Numbered from the stretch's first letter, positions 9,020 through 19,893 are shown. The stretch: 64,000 nt of DNA from Leptospiraceae bacterium (GCA_040217195.1 JAVJNR010000008.1:352001-416000); one strand, 5' to 3'. The notes: generated from the letters alone by a model not told the origin. A program made the numbers and translations.

Positions 9020-10639
9020 ATGGCTTTCATGTCTGCCCGATTCATCTTTATTACCGGCGGTGTTTGCTCTTCTCTGGGAAAAGGGGTCACCGTAGCTGCA
9101 CTGGGATGCCTTCTGGAAAACCGGGGCTACCGTGTTTCGCTTCAGAAGATGGATCCTTATATCAATATCGACCCTGGAACCATGAGTCCCTATCAGCATG
9201 GGGAGGTTTATGTTACAGATGATGGAGCAGAAACTGACCTGGACCTGGGTTACTATGAACGATTCACAAGTAATAGTCTGAGTCGAGCTCATTCCGTAAG
9301 CACCGGACAGATCTACAATGCAGTAATCCAGAGAGAACGACGAGGGGATTACCTGGGTCGCACAGTTCAGGTCATTCCACACATCACCAACGAAATCAAG
9401 AACCGTATGATGGAGCTCACTCGAAACGAAGATGTGGACTTTGCCATTGTGGAAATAGGCGGTACCGTTGGAGACATTGAATCTGTACCATTTCTGGAAG
9501 CCATTCGACAGATGCGAAGAGAAAGGGGCCGCGAAGGAGTTTGCTTTATTCATCTTACTCTGGTCCCTACAATCACCGTGGCCGGCGAAGCAAAAACCAA
9601 GCCCACGCAGCACAGCGTAAAAGAATTACTAACGTTTGGTATCCAGCCGGATTTACTGGTTTGCCGGGTATCTGCTCCATTGAGCCAGGATTTAAAGGAC
9701 AAACTCGGTTTATTCTGCAATGTAAGAGAAGAAAACATTATCTCAGCTTCAGACATTAAGGGCAGCATTTACGAGATTCCAGAGATGTACAGAAATGAGC
9801 ATCTTGATCTGCGTGTGCTGGATCATTTTTCCATAGAGCCCAAACGACTCAACTTTAAGAAATGGCATGATCTACTGGAAATAACCAGAAGTCCCAAAAA
9901 GACCGTGCGAATCGCCATTTGTGGTAAGTACATAGCTCTACAGGATGCCTATCGCTCCATCTATGAAGGGCTGATGCATGGAGGCATTGCCAACCAGGTG
10001 GAAGTGGATTTTGTTTCTGTCGATCCAGAAGAGCTGGAAAAGGAGACCTCCGCTGCAGAGGCTTTCAAAGGAGTACACGGAATTCTGGTTCCTGGAGGCT
10101 TTGGAAACCGAGGCATAGAAGGAAAATTGAAGGCCATCCATTACGCAAGAACCAAGAAGATTCCATTCTTTGGAATTTGCCTGGGTATGCAATGCGCCTT
10201 AATAGAGTACGCCAGAAGTGAAGTAGGCCTGGAGGATGCAAACAGCACCGAGTTTGATCCCAAGACCGAACATCCAGTGATATCATTGCTGGAAGAGCAG
10301 ATGGGCCTGGAGCAAAAAGGCGGCACAATGCGCCTGGGTTCCTATCCATGCATAGTAGAAGAAGGAACCCTGGCCCATAAGGAATACGGACAGACCAGAA
10401 TCAAAGAAAGACATCGGCATCGTTTTGAATTCACACTAAAATACAAAGAAGAGTTTGAAAAGGCAGGTCTTACCTTTTCCGGCAGCAGTCCCGATGGACA
10501 GCTCATCGAAATCGTAGAAATTAAGAACCACCCCTGGTTCATTGGATGTCAGTTTCATCCTGAATTCCAGACCCGACCGGTGAAGCCCCATCCATTGTTT
10601 TCAGGATTTGTTCGGGCATCCTCGAAATTGACGAAATAG
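9020..10639 (+). CDS. pyrG: CTP synthase
   Basis: FITGGVCSSLGKG, DPYINIDPGTMSPYQHGEV, glutaminase ICLGMQ and QFHPEF. Start is ATG 9020 or 9029. Confidence 0.97.
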   Translation: MAFMSARFIFITGGVCSSLGKGVTVAALGCLLENRGYRVSLQKMDPYINIDPGTMSPYQHGEVYVTDDGAETDLDLGYYERFTSNSLSRAHSVSTGQIYNAVIQRERRGDYLGRTVQVIPHITNEIKNRMMELTRNEDVDFAIVEIGGTVGDIESVPFLEAIRQMRRERGREGVCFIHLTLVPTITVAGEAKTKPTQHSVKELLTFGIQPDLLVCRVSAPLSQDLKDKLGLFCNVREENIISASDIKGSIYEIPEMYRNEHLDLRVLDHFSIEPKRLNFKKWHDLLEITRSPKKTVRIAICGKYIALQDAYRSIYEGLMHGGIANQVEVDFVSVDPEELEKETSAAEAFKGVHGILVPGGFGNRGIEGKLKAIHYARTKKIPFFGICLGMQCALIEYARSEVGLEDANSTEFDPKTEHPVISLLEEQMGLEQKGGTMRLGSYPCIVEEGTLAHKEYGQTRIKERHRHRFEFTLKYKEEFEKAGLTFSGSSPDGQLIEIVEIKNHPWFIGCQFHPEFQTRPVKPHPLFSGFVRASSKLTK

Positions 10640-10811
10640 CCACAGACCCGTACAGGAATCCATTCTGCCATGCTGTAGAAATGTGGCCGGAGTAGGAAAA
10701 AGAAGTCCGATTCGATTGACCATCCCTGTAAGCAGCGAACGATGAACTGAGGGCCCAATCCTTTGATCAAAAAAGAATGGCCTGTCCATCGACAGTGCTT
10801 AGCCTGTCCTT

Positions 10812-11663
10812 ATGCAGGCCAGCAAGCGCCCTTTTTTGAACAACACCTCTATCGGCGGCGATGAACCATTCTTTCTGATCGCAGGTCCCTGCGTTATTGA
10901 AAGCAGGGATATGCTGAGTCAGGTATGTGAAACCATGCTTGAAATTACGGGAAAACTGGGCATTCCCTACGTATTCAAATCCAGCTTCGACAAAGCGAAT
11001 AGAAGCTCTGCAGACAGCCAGAGAGGTCCTGGTATGGAGGAAGGTCTTCGAGATCTTCAGTTCATCAAAGAGACCTACGGAGTGCCCATCCTTACAGACG
11101 TGCATGAAGTATCCCAGGTTTCATCGGTGGCCCAGGTTGTGGATATTCTACAAATTCCTGCATTTCTATGCCGGCAAACAGATCTAGTATTTGCATGCGC
11201 CGATTCAGGCCGATGGGTAAACGTCAAAAAAGGCCAATTCATGGCTCCAGCCGATGCACCTACCATAACAGAGAAAATCCGATCCAGGGGCTCGGAAAAG
11301 TATCTGATCACTGAGCGGGGCGTTAGCTTCGGGTACAATAACCTGGTCTTCGATCCGCGTAGCCCGGAGATCATGCATCAAAATGACATACCGGTTATTT
11401 TTGATGGCACTCATTCTACACAGCTTCCCGGAGGAGGCAAACAGAGCGGCGGGGACCGCGCCATGGCTCCGGTATTGATGCGGGCCGCTGCAGCGGTGGG
11501 CATTGAAGGATTCTTCATGGAAGTACATCCCGATCCGGCCAACGCCTGGAGCGATTCCAGTAACCAGTACTGGCTGGACAAGTCCGAGGATCTGCTAAAA
11601 CAATTATATGACATTGATCGCCTGGTAAAGACCGGGGGAGCCGTTCCAGCCGGGGGCGCATGA
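10812..11663 (+). CDS. kdsA: 3-deoxy-8-phosphooctulonate (KDO8P) synthase
   Basis: IAGPCVIES, FDKANRSS, QIPAFLCRQTDL, KKGQF and ERGVSFGYNNL. Confidence 0.97.
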   Translation: MQASKRPFLNNTSIGGDEPFFLIAGPCVIESRDMLSQVCETMLEITGKLGIPYVFKSSFDKANRSSADSQRGPGMEEGLRDLQFIKETYGVPILTDVHEVSQVSSVAQVVDILQIPAFLCRQTDLVFACADSGRWVNVKKGQFMAPADAPTITEKIRSRGSEKYLITERGVSFGYNNLVFDPRSPEIMHQNDIPVIFDGTHSTQLPGGGKQSGGDRAMAPVLMRAAAAVGIEGFFMEVHPDPANAWSDSSNQYWLDKSEDLLKQLYDIDRLVKTGGAVPAGGA

Positions 11664-12355
11664 ATGCATTCTCCCAAATCCTACAGGACCTGGGAGTAGC
11701 CGCCCGGAATCCATCCTTTTCCAGGCCAAAAGCTACCAGGTCCCATACCCGGTCCCGTGCAACACTGGTCAGCTTACTCTCTATCTCTTTGATCTTGCTA
11801 CATTGCGGAGATGAGATTCCTATCATGAAAGAAGAAGGAGCTGAAAAGGGTTCCTCCATTCGAATCTCAAATTTCAACAGGGAAGAGTACAATGCCCTGG
11901 GAGCACCCGAGATGCGAGTCAAAGCCAGGGAAGCCTATATCTATGAATCCGGTGAAGGTTCGGATAAAACTCAGGAAAGGCTGGTAGGTTATGATTTCGA
12001 ATACACAGACATTGATGGAGCCAAATCAACAGTCCTCACAGCTCAGAAAGCAGAAATGAATCAGAAAACCGGGATCATGTATATGACTGGAAATGTGCAT
12101 CTGCGTGGTCTGGACCGGGAGATTCGCGGCGAAGCACTCTACTATGATATGGAAAAGAAGATCGCTCGTAGCGATCAACCCGTCTATATCAAGGAAGGGG
12201 AGATTTCCACGCATTGCCGGGGAGGTGTGGTGATGTACATGAAAGAGGAAAAGCAAATCTGCCGACTGCCAGCCGGCAAGAGGGAGAAGCGCAAACCATC
12301 CATTCCCGGAACCACCCCACCAACGCCAGGGGGCGGTGATGACCTGTTTCAATAG
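11660..12355 (+). CDS. lptC: LPS export protein LptC-like (putative lipoprotein)
   Basis: Position between kdsA and lptA/lptB, hydrophobic stretch ending LILLHC, beta-jellyroll-like motifs (MTGNVHL, GEALYYD, SDQPVYI). Confidence 0.7.
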   Translation: MNAFSQILQDLGVAARNPSFSRPKATRSHTRSRATLVSLLSISLILLHCGDEIPIMKEEGAEKGSSIRISNFNREEYNALGAPEMRVKAREAYIYESGEGSDKTQERLVGYDFEYTDIDGAKSTVLTAQKAEMNQKTGIMYMTGNVHLRGLDREIRGEALYYDMEKKIARSDQPVYIKEGEISTHCRGGVVMYMKEEKQICRLPAGKREKRKPSIPGTTPPTPGGGDDLFQ

Positions 12356-12360
12356 TACCG

Positions 12361-14058
12361 TTGAATGAGCCCCATTCCGTAAACCCAGAAATGATAACAG
12401 AAGCCAGAAATAAAGATCTGCCAGACCCGCATTCGATGGATTCGCAGCAATGCCTTCAGAGGTCTTCTTTGGCCAATATTCGCAGGCCAGAGCCCCTTCT
12501 GAAAGGCCGGATATTACCTTTGTCCCTGACCGTTCTGTTTATTTTTTCTGGATGCCAGAGCCTGCAGGAATGGTTTCCGCCCTTGCCCTCCGAAGAAGAA
12601 TCCGACTATACCTTCCCCTGGGATGGACCATTAGAGGAAGCGGATGAGGCAGATACCACCGGCAATCCAGATGATTCCACAAATTCGGAAACAACGGAAA
12701 AACCCATCGATCCAGAAAAGGATTCCAAACTTCAAATTGAGCAAAAAGCCAAAACCGACCGTGGAAGGGACATCGTAACTCGCTTCTACGGTGCAGAATT
12801 GGTGCGCCAGAGGATCTACTTGAACGGCAAACCAGAATGGAGAATCCAGCTGCGAGGAAATGCTACTATTCGGCATGGAAATGTACTGATTCGCGCACCA
12901 TCCATCACAATCGATGCTGGCAAGTACGGTAAAATGACCGGTGGAGTACAGATCTATGATTCTGAGAACGGAATTTTCATCCGTGCCTCCAGAGGAGTCT
13001 ACAATCGTGACAAAGAAACGGTACAACTTCTGGGATGGCCCTATATGCGAATCAAAAAAAAAGGGCAGGAAACCACTCATATTACCTGCGTTCGTATGGA
13101 GCGTGATCTGGCTGAAAAAGTTGCCTATCTAAAAGAAGATGTAAGAATCCATCATAGCGACTATAATATCCTGGCAGATACAGCCAGCTATACAGATGCG
13201 AAAGAGCTTATAGAAATTCCGGACAATCCGCGAATCCTGGGAAAGGGCGAGTATCTAACTGGAAATCGAATCCTCTATTATACCGGCGAAGAAAAAGCGA
13301 TTCTGGAAGGAAAGACTCTGTACGCAACGTATGAACCGGAAAAAATCGCAACTCAGGATCTGGAAACCTATGCACGACTGCATGGTCCATTGCGCGAAAA
13401 GGCCATGGAAGAGGCCCGGAAGGAAGCAGAACGTCGAGGACAGCCATTGCCGGATCAACCACAGAAAGAGAAAAAGCCTTCCGGCCCGGTTCTACAGATC
13501 CTTTCCGCCGATCGCATTGAACATCTATTTGCAGATAAGAAGAATCCGGTCACTCGAATTACTGGAAATGTAATCTTCACGGATCCGACACGTGAACTCA
13601 GATCTCCTGCCCTGGTGGGCACAGGTCCTTCCATGGCTGTGCTCAGCACCGATCAGGGTGTGGAATTCATAGATAAAGAGGAAAATATTCGAGTTAAGGC
13701 CCGGGAGATGGAGTACAAAAGACAGGAACAATTCCTGACTCTGACCGGTGATCCACTGGTGGAATTCCTGGATGAGAAAACCGGTGAAGTAACCGGAACC
13801 CTGACCGGGGCATTTATAGAACGAGACTTCCAGTCCGAGGTAACACTGGCCCGGGGCAACGTTGAACTGAACCGAGGAGAGGATAAGGCTAGAGGAGAAA
13901 TTGCGCGATTCGAGGAAAAGGAGGGCTATCTGGAGTTTATCGGAAATCCGCGTATCTACCGGGATGGGTCCTGGATTCAGTGCAGCCTTGTTAGAATGTA
14001 TCCGGATCAGGACCGAATTGTCTTTGAAAAGAACATTCAAGGCGCCATTGTAGAATAG
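12361..14058 (+). CDS. lptA: Large OstA/LptA-family protein with several beta-jellyroll repeats (putative lipoprotein; start uncertain)
   Basis: Position between lptC and lptB, FIFSGC lipobox, repeated OstA-like units (LRGNATI, LLGWP, ITGNV, LTGDP, ARGNV, FIGNP). Confidence 0.7.
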   Translation: MNEPHSVNPEMITEARNKDLPDPHSMDSQQCLQRSSLANIRRPEPLLKGRILPLSLTVLFIFSGCQSLQEWFPPLPSEEESDYTFPWDGPLEEADEADTTGNPDDSTNSETTEKPIDPEKDSKLQIEQKAKTDRGRDIVTRFYGAELVRQRIYLNGKPEWRIQLRGNATIRHGNVLIRAPSITIDAGKYGKMTGGVQIYDSENGIFIRASRGVYNRDKETVQLLGWPYMRIKKKGQETTHITCVRMERDLAEKVAYLKEDVRIHHSDYNILADTASYTDAKELIEIPDNPRILGKGEYLTGNRILYYTGEEKAILEGKTLYATYEPEKIATQDLETYARLHGPLREKAMEEARKEAERRGQPLPDQPQKEKKPSGPVLQILSADRIEHLFADKKNPVTRITGNVIFTDPTRELRSPALVGTGPSMAVLSTDQGVEFIDKEENIRVKAREMEYKRQEQFLTLTGDPLVEFLDEKTGEVTGTLTGAFIERDFQSEVTLARGNVELNRGEDKARGEIARFEEKEGYLEFIGNPRIYRDGSWIQCSLVRMYPDQDRIVFEKNIQGAIVE

Positions 14059-14182
14059 ATCCAACCAGGGAAGATTACATTCACTGCTTGCCTAAAAATG
14101 CGGCCTGCAAAACCTGGACCAGTTCTAAGTAAAAAGGTCAAAGAAGGTTTGCCTTCCGAATTGCTACTTTCATTCTGGATTT

Positions 14183-14986
14183 GTGGCTCGAGCCAGAAAA
14201 ACCAGACCATCCCCGGAACCAGCGGACCGGATGCCCGACAGAGGATTCGATCCTGACTTCAAAATGCGTACATTGCGCATGGAAGGTCTGGTCAAGATCT
14301 ATAACCGAAAGAAGGTTGTGGATGGAGTGTCCTTTGAAATAGCCCGCCGAGAGATTGTAGGCCTTCTGGGGCCCAACGGAGCCGGAAAAACCACATCATT
14401 CTATATGGCGGTGGGGCTGGTTCAACCAGATGAAGGCCGAGCCTTTATTGGAGAGCAAGAAGTAACCAAACTTCCCATGTTTAAGCGGGCTCGGTTGGGA
14501 GTGGGCTACCTGGCCCAGGAAGCCTCGGTATTCCGCAAGCTCTCCGTGCGAGAGAACATTGAGGGAGTGCTTCAAATGCACTTCAAAGACCCGGCAGAGA
14601 TTCGAAGACGGTCCAATGCTCTAATCGATGAATTGCATCTAAACAAGGTTACAGATCAAAAAGGATTCACTCTCTCCGGTGGAGAAAGAAGACGCTGCGA
14701 AATTGCCCGAGCCCTGGCCACAGAACCGGACTTTATTCTACTGGATGAGCCATTTGCCGGCGTAGACCCCATCGCTGTTCGAGACATTCAGGATCTAATT
14801 TCACAGCTCCGGGAACGGGGACTGGGAATTCTGATTACGGACCACAATGTTCGTGAAACCCTGAAGATTACGGACCGGGCGTACATCATGTATGCAGGAC
14901 AGATCTTGAAGGCAGGCACAGCCCAGGAACTGGTACAGGACAAGAGAATCAAAGAAATCTATCTGGGAGAGGACTTTACTCTTTAG
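14183..14986 (+). CDS. lptB: LPS export ABC transporter ATP-binding protein
   Basis: GPNGAGKTT, LSGGERRRCEIARAL, LLDEPFAGVDP and ITDHNVRETL. Confidence 0.96.
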   Translation: MARARKTRPSPEPADRMPDRGFDPDFKMRTLRMEGLVKIYNRKKVVDGVSFEIARREIVGLLGPNGAGKTTSFYMAVGLVQPDEGRAFIGEQEVTKLPMFKRARLGVGYLAQEASVFRKLSVRENIEGVLQMHFKDPAEIRRRSNALIDELHLNKVTDQKGFTLSGGERRRCEIARALATEPDFILLDEPFAGVDPIAVRDIQDLISQLRERGLGILITDHNVRETLKITDRAYIMYAGQILKAGTAQELVQDKRIKEIYLGEDFTL

Positions 14987-14993
14987 GTCGTCT

Positions 14994-16397
14994 ATGGCTC
15001 TTTCTCAGCAACTAGTTCAGAAGCAAACGCAGAGACTGGTAATGACCCAGGATCTGCGGCAATCCATTGAATTGCTGCCTCTTTCCAATCTGGAACTATC
15101 AGAACGAATTCAAACAGAACTGCTGGAAAACCCACTGCTCGAACTTAAAGAAGAGGAAGAGACTTCCCGGGAACCCGCCGAGCGTCCGGCGCCCAGTACA
15201 GATGACGCTGCAGAATCAGAATCCAGGTCCAGAGAAGAGTACAGCGACTACGGCCAGATCGATTACGAAGGTGCAGACAGAAAGAACCAGTTCTTACAGA
15301 ATGCTGTTACTTCGCATAGCTCCTTGCAAGAATATCTCACCGAACAGCTCCGGTTGACCAATCTAAACGCAGAGGAATTTGAAGCAGCCACAATCATTAT
15401 TTCAGCCATCGATCAGAGGGGATTTCTCACTGAGTCTCCGGAAGTACTTCTGGAAGATCAGAAACTAAGTGCAGGCACAATAAGCAAAATTCTAGCAACC
15501 ATACGGGAGCTGGATCCATCGGGCTGCGGTGTGGCCGGAGTGCAGGAAGCCCTATTGGTACAGGCGGCGCTGGCAAATGCAGAACCTTTTGTATTGAAGC
15601 TTCTGGAGCATCATTTCGAGGACCTGGAGAAGCTGGATTACAAGAAGATTGAAAAAGAAACTGGCAGCAATGAAGCCAGGATTCATTCCGCTCTTCAATT
15701 TATTCGAACCCTTGAGCCATTTCCGGGAACCCGATATTCCACGCGAGAGCCTGACTATGTAGTTCCAGATCTAATCGTAGTTGAAATGGATGATCGAATC
15801 AATGTAATCATAAACGATGACTGGATTCCTGCCCTTCAGATCAACGAATCCTACAAGAAGCTACTCTCCGGCGGAAAAGAAGGGGATACAGAGTACCTGG
15901 ATACTAAGCTTTCCAGCGCCACATGGTTACTTCGTGGAATCAAACAGCGGCGTCAGACTCTGTACCGTACGATGCAGACTATTGTGGAGCAACAGGAAGA
16001 ATTCTTTCGCAAAGGCCATGGCCATCTGGTTCCTTTGACGCTGCGCGAAGTAGCCGATGACCTGGAAATGCATGAATCCACCATTTCCAGAATAACAACC
16101 AACAAGTATGTGCAAACTCGCTGGGGCATTTTTGAATTAAAATACTTCTTCACCAGCGCCTTGAAAAAAGCTGATGGTGGAAAGGGAGAATCCTCAACAA
16201 ACATCAAAGAGAGAGTTCAAAAGCTGGTGGATGCCGAAGATCCCACTGCTCCTCTTTCTGACCAGGAAATTGCCGACCGAATTGCCACAGAAGGAGTGAG
16301 CATCGCTCGTCGGACAGTAGCCAAATACAGAAAGATATTGAATATTCCATCTGCTGAGAGAAGAAGAATCCTGAAAGGTATGGGACGTAAAAGCTAG
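14994..16397 (+). CDS. rpoN: RNA polymerase sigma-54 factor
   Basis: Q/L-rich region I, HESTISR, ELKYFF, LSDQEI and RpoN box ARRTVAKYR. Confidence 0.97.
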   Translation: MALSQQLVQKQTQRLVMTQDLRQSIELLPLSNLELSERIQTELLENPLLELKEEEETSREPAERPAPSTDDAAESESRSREEYSDYGQIDYEGADRKNQFLQNAVTSHSSLQEYLTEQLRLTNLNAEEFEAATIIISAIDQRGFLTESPEVLLEDQKLSAGTISKILATIRELDPSGCGVAGVQEALLVQAALANAEPFVLKLLEHHFEDLEKLDYKKIEKETGSNEARIHSALQFIRTLEPFPGTRYSTREPDYVVPDLIVVEMDDRINVIINDDWIPALQINESYKKLLSGGKEGDTEYLDTKLSSATWLLRGIKQRRQTLYRTMQTIVEQQEEFFRKGHGHLVPLTLREVADDLEMHESTISRITTNKYVQTRWGIFELKYFFTSALKKADGGKGESSTNIKERVQKLVDAEDPTAPLSDQEIADRIATEGVSIARRTVAKYRKILNIPSAERRRILKGMGRKS

Positions 16398-16504
16398 GCG
16401 CCGGCGTATTATCCCAATGGCGGTATCAGCTAAAGCGGAGAGTCAGAAAGGAACGGTTCGAAATCATCTTTAAGAAATAGCACAATCAGGATCAGGAGGG
16501 GCCA

Positions 16505-16804
16505 ATGGAAACCAGCTACCACTTTCAGAATATAGACTCGTCGGATGCTCTCAAGGAGTACGCAGATAAGGTCGTGGATAAACTATCTTCGCATTTCAGC
16601 AACCTGCAGAATGCTACCGTGCATTTTAAGGTGGAAAAGATCCAGCAGATTGCAGAGATTACAATCAATGGGGATAGCGGTCAGTTTGTAGCCGAAGAAA
16701 AGGCTGGGAATATGTACGCAGCCCTGGACCTGGTGGAAAAGAAACTGGAAAAGCAGATTCGCAAGCACAAGGAAAAGCACCTGGGCAAGAATCAAAGGGG
16801 ATAA
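16505..16804 (+). CDS. hpf: Ribosome hibernation promoting factor (short HPF/RaiA family)
   Basis: SDALKEY...NMYAALDLVEKKLEKQIRKHKEK, strong AGGAGG SD, typical position after rpoN. Confidence 0.9.
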   Translation: METSYHFQNIDSSDALKEYADKVVDKLSSHFSNLQNATVHFKVEKIQQIAEITINGDSGQFVAEEKAGNMYAALDLVEKKLEKQIRKHKEKHLGKNQRG

Positions 16805-16805
16805 T

Positions 16806-17816
16806 ATGAGCTCGATGGAACCTGGCAGACTACTGGAATTTTCGGAGCTGGGACTGCGCATACTGGCCGGCGAAAAAGGGCTGAGCCGCGAAATTCGAAA
16901 TGAAGATGTAAACAGACCGGGTCTGGCGCTGGCCGGGTTCTATCGGAACTTTGCTCATGATCGTCTGCAGGTATTCGGACAGGGAGAGTTTGCCTACCTG
17001 ATGGACTGCGGCGGAGAAGTGGAAGGAAGAATCAAAGATGAATTCTTTAGCTACGAGTATCCGGCTCTGGTATTTACTCATGCAAATCAACCGCCCTCCT
17101 GTTTCCTGAAAAAATCCAATGAAACAGACACTCCATTGCTGCAGAGCACCCTATCCACCCATGATTTTATACTGAATTTCAATCGAATTATCACTCGTGC
17201 CCTTGCGCCTCAAACTTCCATTCACGGAGTTCTAATTGAAGTCTTTGGCCTGGGAGTACTTCTTCTGGGACCATCTGGCATTGGAAAATCTGAAACAGCC
17301 CTGGAGCTAATAGAAAGAGGTCACCGCCTGGTAGCCGACGATATGGTTCATATTCGGCACATGGGCAAAGGAGAACTGATAGGTGAATCCGATCCCATGA
17401 TCGAGCATCATATGGAACTTAGAGGCATTGGAATTGTAAATATTAAGGATTTGTTTGGCGTTGGTGCTATCCGAAAGAAAGTGCAGGTGGATCTTGTGGT
17501 GTTTCTGGAGGACTGGAATGAAGACAAAGAATACGATCGGCTGGGCATAGATGAGCAGACCATGGAAATCCTGGATGTTTCCATCCCCAGCATCACTCTG
17601 CCTTTAAGACCCGGACGAAATATTCCCATCCTTGTGGAAACAGCCTCCATGAATCATCGCTCTCGCAGAATGGGCTTTCATGCAGCCCGCTCGCTTTCGG
17701 AAAGGATTCATACTCGAATCTCGGAACAGGTCTCCGCTGAGTCCAGAAATGATGATTCCACCCCTAAGAAGGAACGTAAAAAAGCATCACCTAAACCACT
17801 GATGGGGCCTGTATAA
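16806..17816 (+). CDS. hprK: HPr(Ser) kinase/phosphorylase
   Basis: NRPGLALAG, HGVL, GPSGIGKSETALELIERGHRLVADD, ELRGIG and PGRN. Confidence 0.96.
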   Translation: MSSMEPGRLLEFSELGLRILAGEKGLSREIRNEDVNRPGLALAGFYRNFAHDRLQVFGQGEFAYLMDCGGEVEGRIKDEFFSYEYPALVFTHANQPPSCFLKKSNETDTPLLQSTLSTHDFILNFNRIITRALAPQTSIHGVLIEVFGLGVLLLGPSGIGKSETALELIERGHRLVADDMVHIRHMGKGELIGESDPMIEHHMELRGIGIVNIKDLFGVGAIRKKVQVDLVVFLEDWNEDKEYDRLGIDEQTMEILDVSIPSITLPLRPGRNIPILVETASMNHRSRRMGFHAARSLSERIHTRISEQVSAESRNDDSTPKKERKKASPKPLMGPV

Positions 17817-18076
17817 TGGAGAAGGTGGATGTTACCATCGAATTGAAGGAAGGGCTCCATGCCCGGCCGGCCTCCATCTTCGTAAGAGAAGCGGCCCGAT
17901 TCAAATCGGAGATCTTCTTAACCGCCAATGGAGTTACGGTTAATGGAAAAAGCATCATGGGAATCCTTATGCTTGCTCTCAGTCCAGGAACAAAAGTCAC
18001 GCTGGAGATCCGGGGCGATGATGAAAAACAGGCTATTGAAAAACTACCGGGTCTATTAAACGGAGCCGAGAATTGA
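17816..18076 (+). CDS. ptsH: HPr phosphocarrier protein
   Basis: GLHARPA (His15) and KSIMGIL (Ser46) motifs. Confidence 0.95.
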   Translation: MEKVDVTIELKEGLHARPASIFVREAARFKSEIFLTANGVTVNGKSIMGILMLALSPGTKVTLEIRGDDEKQAIEKLPGLLNGAEN

Positions 18077-19893
18077 GACGAACAGAGCCCTGGAAAAGAG
18101 AGGAATCCAAGATTCTTCTCAGGGATGCGCTGTTTCTAATCTTAATTCTATGGATTTCCGTTTTTCTGGCAGAAGCCTACTTTATCCGGGAAGATACTTC
18201 ACCGGTAGATCGAATCTTCATCTATCTCGTACTTTTCATTCCTCTGGGAACTCTGAACTTTCTTATCCTGTATTACTATCGTAATAAGAGGATTCGTCGC
18301 ACAGGAAACCTTCGATCATCCCTTCGTTACCGGCTCATGATTGCATTTATGGTGGTCTCCATATTTCCTTCCATACCCATCTTTCTTGTCAGTTCCGATC
18401 GAGTGGAAACGGTAATCGGAGTTCTATTCTCCCTGGATTTTCGAGGAGGCCTGCTGGCTTCGGAGGACCTGCTAAAACAGCATGAACTCAAGGAAACCAG
18501 AAAGTTTGCTGAGTATGTTTCTTTGCGACAGGCCTACCTTCCATCGGCGGCGAATTGGCCAGGAAACCTGGAAAAAGGATTTGAGCAGGATTCGGAAAGT
18601 GTATTTTTGATCGAAGACTCAAGTGTGATCAAGCGTTTCGGAGATAAGCCCCTGAATCCTCTGGAATGGGGTTCGGTGCGAAGAGCCAATGAAACCGGAC
18701 CGCCCATCTTTGCAGGAGTATCTTCCAGTCATCGATTTGCCGTGGTCACAATTCCCACAGCCCGGCCAGACAGCTATTATTTGATTACCAGACATCTATA
18801 CGCAGAGAATCCCAGGTCGGAAGCCCGGTTTCAGGAAATCGTAAATCTGGTGGCCTCTGGAAATGAGCAATGGGAAGAAAAGATTCCCTACAATCTTCGC
18901 CTGGGCCTGGCCATCGCCTATGCAATGATGATTACAATCGCTCTTGGAGTGGCCATCTTTCTGGCAAGGCAGATCTCCCATCCTATTGTTTCTCTGGCTG
19001 CGGCCACAAGATCCGTTACCCAGGGCAAACTGGATACCAGACTGGATGTAAAAGCAGAAGGAGAACTGGGCATACTTATCGATAGCTTCAATCAAATGAC
19101 CGAGGAGCTACAGACTTTAAGAGGCCGTTTGCTTCATAGCCAGCGTGTGGCCGCCTGGCAGGAAGTGGCTCGCAGACTGGCCCATGAGATAAAGAATCCG
19201 CTCACTCCAATTCAGCTATCTGCGGAAAGAATGCTCAGGCGGCTGGACCGTCCAGACCGGGGCAATCTGGAAGACATTGTTCGCTCCGGAGGAAGCACAA
19301 TTCTTGAACAGGTAAATGTCTTGAAGCATCTTGTGGAGGAATTTTCCAACTTTGCCCGAATGCCCGCTCCAAGACTGGAGCAGCATTCTTTGATGGAACT
19401 TCTACATGAATCCACACAGGCCTATGATAACCTCCCCGATATCGACTTTGATCTAAAAGTATCTCCCGATCTACCGGATCTGGCCCTGGACCGAAACCTG
19501 GTCATCGGTATGATAAACAATTTAATTCAGAATGCCATCGATGCCATTCGATCCATGGAATGGGAGCCTGAAGATGAACCGGATCGGCCATCCATACGAG
19601 TTACGGCTGCCCCTCATCTACAGGCCGGAAAGCGATATGTTCAACTCACAGTGGAAGATTCCGGACCGGGTATTGAAGAGGACCAGAGGGAGCAGATTTT
19701 CGAGCCATATTATACAACTAAGGGAGAGAAGGGAAACGGCCTGGGACTGGCTCTTGTGGAAAGAGCTGTACTGGACCACAATGCACGGATCTATGTAACT
19801 GGCTCCAGCCTGGGCGGCGCAGCTTTTCGTGTATTCTTTCCGGTACCCGATGACAATGATGGCGAGCGAGACACTCTGGTATTTCCCGTATGA
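18073..19893 (+). CDS. Membrane sensor histidine kinase, NtrY-like
   Basis: Several TM segments, HAMP (GELGILIDSFNQM), H-box AWQEVARRLAHEIKNPLTPIQL, and N/G1/F/G2 boxes. Confidence 0.9.
   Translation: MRRTEPWKREESKILLRDALFLILILWISVFLAEAYFIREDTSPVDRIFIYLVLFIPLGTLNFLILYYYRNKRIRRTGNLRSSLRYRLMIAFMVVSIFPSIPIFLVSSDRVETVIGVLFSLDFRGGLLASEDLLKQHELKETRKFAEYVSLRQAYLPSAANWPGNLEKGFEQDSESVFLIEDSSVIKRFGDKPLNPLEWGSVRRANETGPPIFAGVSSSHRFAVVTIPTARPDSYYLITRHLYAENPRSEARFQEIVNLVASGNEQWEEKIPYNLRLGLAIAYAMMITIALGVAIFLARQISHPIVSLAAATRSVTQGKLDTRLDVKAEGELGILIDSFNQMTEELQTLRGRLLHSQRVAAWQEVARRLAHEIKNPLTPIQLSAERMLRRLDRPDRGNLEDIVRSGGSTILEQVNVLKHLVEEFSNFARMPAPRLEQHSLMELLHESTQAYDNLPDIDFDLKVSPDLPDLALDRNLVIGMINNLIQNAIDAIRSMEWEPEDEPDRPSIRVTAAPHLQAGKRYVQLTVEDSGPGIEEDQREQIFEPYYTTKGEKGNGLGLALVERAVLDHNARIYVTGSSLGGAAFRVFFPVPDDNDGERDTLVFPV

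Noticed and set aside
8957..9613. 218-aa antisense ORF over pyrG, and other long antisense or alternate-frame ORFs (e.g. 38751-39404, 13525-14064)
   Set aside because: Shadow ORFs of well-conserved genes, with no motifs of their own.
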